Origin: Laetmonice hystrix | Taxonomy: Eukaryota | Direction of reading: 5' to 3' | Length of the DNA stretch: 64,000 bases | Assembly: GCA_965235115.1 (NCBI GenBank) | Contig: OZ249436.1 | Span: 31,622,001 to 31,686,000 of the forward strand | In this document: piece after piece, positions 55,597 to 64,000 of the stretch | Layout of the letters: each line of letters opens with the position of its first letter | Numbering within the stretch: position 1 is the stretch's first letter | Program-made: the position numbers and the translations under genes | The notes under the pieces: model-generated | The model's input: only the letters and a program-made list of their open reading frames with translations | Databases searched by the model: none | What the model was told of the DNA's origin: nothing

Positions 55597-56295
55597 TTAT
55601 TGTCTGGGTCCCTGGCGATCAGTGGCGCTGCACCTTGTTTCATCACTGTCGGCCGGGACACCTCGATCTGACTCAATTCTGGCCACTGACGTTTCTATAG
55701 AGATCACCTCGGTGGCTGACCGCGGATGTAATTCGAGACCTGTGGGGGCGCCACTGCACGGTTGTTGACACGATAACATGGCTAACGTGTCAATAAACGT
55801 GGCTTCGTCCGAGTGGCTCCTGTGTATGTGGGCCATCAGGTCCTTCTTGTACCTGAACTCCTTTTGACAGAAGCCACACTTGAATTCAAAAACATTCATA
55901 TGAGATGTGAGGTGACCGCGCAGATTCGACTTGCACGTGAAACCCTTTCCACAGAATTGACATTTCAGAGGATACACGCCCTTGTGGCGGTCAACGTGCA
56001 GCTTGTGTCCAACCACGGACGAAAACCGCTTGTCGCAAATACTGCAAACAAACGGTCGTACTTTGGAACCGTGCGAGTCCCAACCCTTGGACATAACGTT
56101 TTGCCACGGAGTCTGCCGCACGCACGCACTATGCGGGCTTCTCGGAGATTGCGTTTGATCATCTGTTTCACTTTTCCGACTCGTTCTGGACCGGTGGTCC
56201 CGAATCCGTTCCACTTGACCGGCCAGGGTCTGAGCGTGGACATGAGCATCGTTTAGAAATGGCGATGTGTGGAGCCTGGGTTTGGTGTCCACCAT
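55597..56295 (-). CDS. Alternative terminal exon C: three C2H2 zinc fingers
   Basis: ctctgttccattggttgcag|ATG phase-0 acceptor; CSIC..HVDRH, CQFC..HLTSH, CGFC..HIHRSH; stop, then AATAAA (minus) at 55473-55478. Confidence 0.85.
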   Translation of the reverse strand: MVDTKPRLHTSPFLNDAHVHAQTLAGQVERIRDHRSRTSRKSETDDQTQSPRSPHSACVRQTPWQNVMSKGWDSHGSKVRPFVCSICDKRFSSVVGHKLHVDRHKGVYPLKCQFCGKGFTCKSNLRGHLTSHMNVFEFKCGFCQKEFRYKKDLMAHIHRSHSDEATFIDTLAMLSCQQPCSGAPTGLELHPRSATEVISIETSVARIESDRGVPADSDETRCSATDRQGPRQ

Positions 56296-56685
56296 CTGCA
56301 ACCAATGGAACAGAGGTTTGAGCTGCGTTCTCCCAGTTTGGGCGGAGTCTCCGTGCTGGCCACTCCATGGGATCCCACCTACATATCCCCACCCTCCCCT
56401 CACTGTGTGCTTCGCCTTTACAAGCTCTTTCATTTCACCACTCACGACATGAACATTCATGGTCAATTACAACTACAAAAGTCCCCTACCATAAAAGGCA
56501 AGGATAATTCGTTGGCGAAACTGGATTAAATAAATAATTCAAATAATTCAAACTGTATTACAGTACTGTAGAGATGCCCTTAAATTTAATCTCTCGGTTG
56601 AAATTTGGTAGGGAACATGAATTTGACCATAGGCATTTATTTGAGTCAAATTATGTCCCTAAAACCTGTCCACAACAAGCAAACT

Positions 56686-56844
56686 CAGGGGCGGATCGGG
56701 GGGGGGGGCATGATAGGGCCATTAGGGGCCATGCCCCCCTAAAAATAACGAGTGCAGTTCTTAGCCGAGGCCTAGATCTATACGCCCGTTGTAGGGTCAT
56801 TGCCCCCCCCCCCCCCTCCAACTGAAATTTCTGGATCAGCCCTG
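56686..56844. mobile_element. CAGGG-terminal MITE with perfect 5-bp TSD
   Basis: AAACT|caggggcggatc...gatcagccctg|AAACT. Confidence 0.75.
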
Positions 56845-57814
56845 AAACTTGCTTGGGCGTAATGACGAGTATATGAGTTGAGCACGGAGCTGTCACACAA
56901 ACGGAGTGATGGGTAACCCTCATTGACGGTTCTGACTTGAACCATCCGTCTCTCTTCTTGTCACAGAGTCCCTACAAATCTACCAGTACCTGATTCATTC
57001 ATCCACAAGGCCTATGTAGAGTCATGATGACTTGCCTCTAACTTATCACTATGAGGTTCTCTTATATCTTCTTCTCACCAAAATAACATGACAACATAAC
57101 CGAGAATGAGAAAGGTTTATCTCAAAGTCAACCAATACTAATTATTGTCATTTTCGCACAATCACAAATCGAGACATTGGCACCAGATAACAATAATTTC
57201 CTGAAAGTATCTGTACACTTAACTATGACAAAAATAACCATAGAATTACGCTGGAAATGATTCCCATAAAGTCCCGACGTCAAGGTCTGCTGCTTTGTTG
57301 GATAACTTCTCCGTCATATTGACTGTTGTCGCTGTCCAGAATGGGAAGAAAAACTAAATTTTATCCTGTACAAAACATTCCGCAGCACCAGCCACACATT
57401 CCTCCGGGTTACCAATCTGTATTATATCAGTACGGAGGTCAGGTACTTTAAAATAATTTTAAAAATATAATCATATATAAAATAAATAACAAAGGAGCAA
57501 ACCAGGATCATCACTTATGCTGGTATCAAGTCAGACAGCATTATTTAAGCAGTCCTCTTACTTATATTCGCAAGGTCATATTGCAAGAATGGCAACATTG
57601 ATCAAACTGAGGCTGGCTGTCATCTGCAATCGCCCACTGTTCAGATAGATACTGAAGTTTCCGCCTCAAGTCAAAAGTCAAGTCAAAACAAATGAGCACT
57701 ATATGTAAGATCCATCGTTGGGGTTATATATCTGCCTCCATTATTCTCTTGCGCCACCCTCTGACCGACCCTCAGTGGGCCTGTGAATGAACAGTCATTG
57801 ACCTCTGACTGATC

Positions 57815-58240
57815 TCAGACTGACATCTCCCTGATGTCCTCCCCGATGTCCCTACTAAAGGCAGGTGGCGGCAGACCTTGCCTGCGGGAGTTACACTGGG
57901 AGCGTGCTGGCCGGCTGCCGTCGGAACCACTCCAGTGTCGGGTCCAGATCCGCCACACTGTCGTCTTGCCCAGACAGAAGAGGTCAGCCGTCTGGGTGAG
58001 CAGCCCGAATGGAACACTCCCCGACGTCAGGTTGCCTCCATTCTCAACGATATGCGCAACTACAATCCGCCTCTCCTCTTGAGTTGTGGCCTTCACCTCC
58101 CGACCTCTGATATTGATGCGCGGTCCATAGCGAACTCCCACCGCGGCGGTGGCGGCAGACGGCTTGACTGTAAGGTTGGAGGCAGAGCCATAGAACGACA
58201 AAGGAGCAGGTCTCTGTATCCATCCCGCGGTAGACTGAGT
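57815..58240 (-). CDS. Alternative terminal exon B: paired/Tc1-transposase-like HTH
   Basis: ttgtttctggaccttgacag|ACT phase-0 acceptor; TQSTAGW...RINIRGRE...ERRIVVAHIVENGGNLTSGSVPFGLLTQTADLFCLGKTTVWRIW; aligns without gaps to exon A; own stop. Confidence 0.72.
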   Translation of the reverse strand, partial: TQSTAGWIQRPAPLSFYGSASNLTVKPSAATAAVGVRYGPRINIRGREVKATTQEERRIVVAHIVENGGNLTSGSVPFGLLTQTADLFCLGKTTVWRIWTRHWSGSDGSRPARSQCNSRRQGLPPPAFSRDIGEDIREMSV

Positions 58241-58920
58241 CTGTCAAGGTCCAGAAACAACACGGATACAGTATCATGTAGTGTCAGACATCACCTTGGG
58301 TCTAGTCAGATGAATGTGGCACTCGCAGCACTTAGTGACCCGGCATTCTGGTACTACATCAGGGATGGAGTTGGAGTAGAAACTAGTACTTCAACAACTG
58401 TTGGTTCGATTACATGGGGTCAGGCGTTCACATATGGCACAAAGAATGAAGTTCATACTCGACAGGGCTATATATAATTATTATATTCCATCGTAAATTA
58501 TAAGACAACTATAAAAGACTTAAAGAATGTATACGAGACAACTCATAACTCCTATCATACCATTTCTTTTTAAAAGTTACTGCACAAACATCACAGACAC
58601 AGATAATTACATGTACTGGATATCAACAAGACATCTTTACATCTAGAGTAATACGTTTCTCCAATTGATAACAGGATATAAATCTTTCAATGTCTGAGTG
58701 TATAACAGCAAATAGCACTTTCTGAAACTTCTTTCATATTGGCACTTCATTTGTCAACCTTTGCCGCTACTGATCAACTTATAATCTTACAACAATGAAA
58801 AGATAGGATGACATGAACTCATAAAAATCCAGGTTTTGACACCTTATGTTACCGTTCTCTTCCATAACTCTTTATGCTCATAACCAAGTACTCTCATGAC
58901 AGGTAATCTTTTGGCGTTTA

Positions 58921-59195
58921 AAGCCTGCCATACACTATACAATTCCCAGTCGGCAGCAAATCACACGCCCCGGCACACTATACGACTCGAGTCATAAGCC
59001 CCCTCACACTTTGAGTTTGAGATCCGACTGTGGGTGACTGTGATCCGATTCAAAATTCGAATCGACTGTTTGGGGCCTTGCGACCCATTCCGATCGTCGT
59101 AGGCGAGTCGTAGGCGAGTCATAAGCAAGTCATAAGCGGGTCGTAAGCTCCAGAATGCGATCGGATCATAAGAAAATTGTATAGTGTGTGGGGAG
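58921..59195. mobile_element. Harbinger-like MITE remnant
   Basis: ccatacactatacaatt / aattgtatagtgtgtgg inverted pair with internal gagtcgtaggc repeats. Confidence 0.5.
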
Positions 59196-59324
59196 AACGA
59201 CGTTGAAAAAACTCCTCAGAGGACTGCTGTGTTTTATCAGTTAATACTTGATGTCTATCCTGACACCCAGGTTTAGTACCGGGTTAAGTCTTTCTGGTAG
59301 AGCCTTAACACCTTCAGGATTAAT

Positions 59325-59747
59325 TCAGGAATAGTTCCACGGCTTGTCCCTGTTTGTACCTTGTGAGCAGTTCATATTTTCTTGCTCCAACATTGACTCT
59401 TGTGGAGAGCAGTGCTCGTTTGCAGTCCGGCTGCAAGAATGGCTTTCCACTGGGATTCCATGATCCCCGATATTGACCCTACCAAGACCAGAGACACTTC
59501 GGTGTCTCCAGTACGGGGTCCAGATGTTCCAAATGGTTGCCTTGCTGACCCGGTAAATATTGGAGACTTTGGTAAGGGTGCCGTTCGGGGCCTTCCCAGT
59601 CCGTGGGTTTCCCCCCATGTCGATTATTTGCTGAATGATGTTGACGCGCTCCTTGGTGGACACAACCCCGATCCGGCGACCCTTTTGGTTGACTTTGGAT
59701 GTGCCGTCCCCTGTGGCTGGGGGCCACCTGCACTGCCACCCCATGGT
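59325..59747 (-). CDS. Alternative terminal exon A: paired/Tc1-transposase-like HTH
   Basis: ctttttgtcttcccaccag|ACC phase-0 acceptor; TMGWQ...KVNQKGRR...ERVNIIQQIIDMGGNPRTGKAPNGTLTKVSNIYRVSKATIWNIW; own stop codon. Confidence 0.72.
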   Translation of the reverse strand, partial: TMGWQCRWPPATGDGTSKVNQKGRRIGVVSTKERVNIIQQIIDMGGNPRTGKAPNGTLTKVSNIYRVSKATIWNIWTPYWRHRSVSGLGRVNIGDHGIPVESHSCSRTANEHCSPQESMLEQENMNCSQGTNRDKPWNYS

Positions 59748-61249
59748 CTGGTGGGAAGACAAAAAGTTCTCTTTTAGTTTGTGTGCGGTGGGTTCGGTAA
59801 GCAATGGTCGAGGGAAAGATCAGCCTGCTGGCAGCACACATTCCAGATGAACGTCAGCCTTGGCTAGTACTTCGGCCAGTCTCACTTCCTGCAGAAATGC
59901 TGGCTTACTTGGGATTGTTCCAATAAGTTCAGTCTTGGGGAACAAAATACCGGACAAAAAGAAACGGAACAAAAAGAACTAAGTTATCAGTTTTAATTGA
60001 TTGACAGCCCACAGAAAAACTGCTCTTTTTTCAAATGACATTTGGAAAATTATGTTAGTTCTTGTGTCACTTCAAAATTAATATAACACATCTGCTATTT
60101 CACGTCTAAGTATTGTAAAGGTGTTTTTTTAAAAATACAGGTTAACTGATAAACGTAACAGTAAACCTGAAACTCAATTCACCAGATGTGCAGTCATAGG
60201 AACATTACAGCCAGCCACCTTAGAATTAAAAAAAGCCAAACGTGCACGTTGTTTTCATTCCAGTTAATCATAGAAATTTATCTATATTTCTAATGACGGG
60301 CAACTCTCCTTCCTTAATCTCCCTTTTGAAGAATTGTTTGCCCTGTTTTTATATTAACTCTGCATGTAATCTCTCTGCCCTGGCAACATCACTCTATAAA
60401 AACGATGGCTTGGCAAGTTGTTGGATTACCGCTATTCAGTGCAAATTGTGAATATTTCTAGTGAAGCACATTTTTTAACAATTTACTTTGTATGACTCCT
60501 GCCACTAGATGTGACACACATATAATTTATCAAAATAAGTACCTTTGTCAGGTGACTGTGAGAATATAACCCTTCAATGACTGCAACCACTGGTTATAAA
60601 AGAGAGACTTATGGTCTGTGTTACATAAATGACTTCTCCAAAAGACGGAAAAGACAGGCCATAGTCGTTGTTATATAAATGCAACAGCTGCTCCTGGTAG
60701 TGAAGAAAGTGCACCCACTGACCCCTGTTCCTGGCTAAAAAGAAATAAATATCTTTCCCACTGGCCATTTCTGGGAGGGAAACATATACCTACTAGTCCT
60801 TCCTAGATGTTTACCACATGAACCACAAGCTCATTCTTAGTAAACCACCCTTGCCATCACTTACATTCTTACATTTTACACTTAAAACTCAGAAAGTTGG
60901 AGCTGTTTGAAATTATTACCTAGTACAAAATTGGAGCACATACTAAAGCTTCTTAAAATGCAGTCATACCCCAAGTTAGTCAGTCCTGAATAGCCTATGA
61001 TGGTAGGCCTAAACGTCAACACGACGTCACAAACATTACCTAAAAAAACTGTGAAAAAGTATGTACATTCATGAGTATAGACACTGCAGTTCTGGAGATA
61101 GTGTAAAGGGCAGATTTCCTTTTAAGTAGATTATTTATATATTGTGTCACACACACCAAAAGAGAAACCTCCATAGAGCACCAGAAAAAAAAAGGATAAA
61201 AGCATAAAGACACCAAGTACCAAGACGTCAGAAAAGATGGTAATCTCAC

Positions 61250-61900
61250 CTGAGTGTGTCCTCCAGGTAAGGGCGAGGAGGGTATGGAGGAGCCTGGAGA
61301 GAAACTGGAGGTTCCGCTGTGTCCAGGCCAGGACATCTGTCCTAACTTAGACTCGTGTGTATTATGTAGAGTGTCACTGTCATCCACTGAATACATGCCA
61401 CCGTGTGGTGGCTCGGATAATCCAAAAGTTTGTTGTATATATTGATCCTGATCACCAGCATCATCCGAGTCTAGGATCTCTTCCTTTATAACAATAGGGT
61501 CTTCTGTTGTGTTTTGATCATCCCGTAACCCAGCCCGCCTTTTTCCATTGTCAGTCCTGTGAAACTCGCTAGGTTCATGCCAGGATCGCTTGCGGAATGA
61601 CGTTTCATTAGCAATATGATCACTAGTTGGTGTTGATGAAGAAGATGATAGCCTTGCTGGCACGACTTTCTGTTCATTGTCTGCAACAACGGACCTGCAC
61701 ATTGAACTAAGGTCCACCCGGCCTTCCTTACTGATCGTTTCATTGATCTTGACCAGAAAGACATCCTGTTTATCAACAGTTATTCCCAACAAACCGTCAA
61801 TGGTGAATTCTAAGTCATAACCGAGGCCATTTTTACAGAGAACCGTGATGGCCTCGGTCAGTAAGGCTTTGATGCGGTCCTGATCTGTGTTTACTACCAT
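61250..61900 (-). CDS. Common coding exon of a multi-isoform DNA-binding protein gene (unassigned ~55-aa N-terminal domain + low-complexity linker)
   Basis: Acceptor ttttttcag at 61953, ATG 61900, 217 open codons MVVNTDQDRIKALLTEAITVLCKNGL...PGGHTQ, donor CAG|GTGAGA phase 0; IKEE motif at 61478-61489. Confidence 0.85.
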
Positions 61901-64000
61901 CTTCACAACTCGTTGTCTCTCCAATTATACCAATCAATCAACCTCTCATATTCTGAAAAAATAAATACATTAATATTCAGTAAAAGTGCCACTGCAGAGA
62001 TTTTTTTAAAGTAAAAATTTGATCCAAACATCATTAGATTACCCTTAACTCGAGTTTTCTCCCAATTAAAAATCTTAAAATACACAATTTTGCACTTTAT
62101 TTTACTTCCCACAAATTGATTTTGGTGCCTGCCAAAGTTCACAGCTGTACATTGCATCAATCAGACTGTATGTCTAGAGAATGCAATATTTAATTTTCAC
62201 CCGCCCATGTGATGGCTCGGGGGTTATTGAAGTCAAAGTGTCCGTCCCGGAAGTCAATGAGGCTTCCCCCGTCCTCTCCCGCCGTCCTGGCCCAGCCGAG
62301 TGACCGAGAGCGAGCGCTGGCCTGAGCACGATCACACTGATGTCAGTCGAGACTAAGCATGGCTGTAACACAGTGCAGTGCAGGGGGTTTCCACGTATCC
62401 CGGAAACCCTTTCCCCCTTTTGGACAGTTTGGTAAAAAAAAGGGGATGTAAAATCAGGCCTGATTTTAAGATGTGAACGATCGTTTTGTTCGCGTGTCAT
62501 TCACCTAAAATGGAAAGGCCGAGAACGAAAATCCGTTCACCTGCAAATTTTGCAATCCTGAGATTAACAGGTGAACGATCGTTTCGTTTGCCTGTCGTTT
62601 ACCTAAAATAAATAACGGGAATAAAAAATGGGTTACGCAAATTTCCCCTAATTTCAGGCCTGTAAAATGCATTATTTTTTAACCAAAGGAAACTTTCATA
62701 TTTCCAAACAAGATGTCCCGAAATTGCTTTATTTGATGTCTTTCTTTTTAATTTTCCAGAGCATGGCCTAATGGCCATCTCTGGAGTACCGAAACTTTGC
62801 AAACCCCCGTAAAAAATTTCTAGATATGCCAGTGAATTGTTATCAGTTTCAACTGCCTCTGGGGTTTCAGTATTTTCCATCCTCAAAAGACTTGTCATAC
62901 CTTATTTCTGTATAATTTCATAATAAAAGATGTATCTTAAAAGTACTTCTGGAGGATGTGTCCTCGTACAGGATATATATGTGGCATCTGTAAATAGGTG
63001 AGGAATTTTTGGATTCCCCAGGTTGGCAACACTGCTAACGTACTTGAGGTGGAGCTAAATTAGGCCACTTAAAATTAATAAATTGTTTTACATGGCCGGC
63101 CGCCTCAATTTTTTGGCGCCGCCTTGATTTTTTTATATTTTATATTTTTCAAAAAGTCCGTTTTTTTTCATCCCCAAAACCGTTAGAGATCGTCAGTGCA
63201 AGCGCACGCCGCGCACCATCTGTCGGTGGTGCATAAAACGAGTACCCGTGGTCGTTCAGAATATTGAGGACTCTATGTGCATATCTTTTGAAGCTTCAAT
63301 TGTTGGCTTTTTTAATGTTCAGTATTCTAGCTTTAAAATTTCTTGTTAAACCTAGTCTCCCACAGTTCTGTCAGGGTGTTACAGTTAAAGTGACCCTCAA
63401 GGTATAGAATGGTTGTACAAAATGTTGAGATATTGAGAAATTAAAAGTATTTTTCCAGTATTGGTGATCTCTGCTGTCCTTCTTCTTGTCGAGGAAAAAT
63501 ATAAAATATAAAATATAAAATGCCCTACTCACCAACATTTCAGAAGTTGGAGTCATGTAAAACAATTTATTAATTTTAAGTGGCCTTATGATCAATGTTC
63601 AAAAAATGAAGCGGCATATATTCAATTGTAATTGCTGAGGTCACTTCTGACAGGCCAGCCAACTTCCCCAGACACTCTGACCAACCAATGAAAACACTTT
63701 GACCAACCCCACCGGACACTCTGACCAACTGCCGGACACACTGACTTGCCGGATGCTCTGACCATCGGACGCACTGACTAGGATAAATCTGACGGCCCAT
63801 ACCATGGCCATGCCAATAGATGGTAATTTTGTCTTTTTGACATTTTCTATCATTTAGTATTTAGATATCTACACTAAGAAGACAAAGAGGGGCCCTTTGC
63901 ACTTTGTTGATCCCAAACCTAATCTGCTATAATGCTATGACCTATGTGTGAGCCTAGTATAATTAATATTATAGCTTTACCTTACAGTTACAATAATTGT

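Noticed and set aside
59820..59888. Possible additional phase-0 acceptor (tttctgcag|GAA) upstream of exon A
   Set aside because: Hits TGA after about 22 codons with no domain; no support without transcripts

Overview
Eukaryotic (marine invertebrate-like, probably lophotrochozoan; inferred) genomic DNA with two minus-strand genes. (1) The 5' part of a prohormone convertase 1/3 (PCSK1-like, subtilase S8B) gene. Ten coding exons between 43463 and 39 were reconstructed by hand from GT/AG sites. They encode a signal peptide, a prodomain with RSKR/RVKR sites and a complete D/H/S triad plus the oxyanion Asn; the gene continues off the left edge. Its introns hold many MITEs, minisatellites and a 3.7-kb fold-back element. 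(2) At 53.3-62 kb, a lola/mod(mdg4)-style locus. One common coding exon (a compact ~55-aa N-terminal domain I cannot assign to BTB/KRAB/ZAD, plus an IKEE motif) ends in a phase-0 donor. It is followed by four stop-terminated exons, each with its own phase-0 acceptor: two paralogous paired/transposase-like HTH exons and two paralogous triple-C2H2 exons. This looks like a modular transcription-factor gene that swaps DNA-binding domains by alternative last-exon choice, and it is the most interesting feature of the window.
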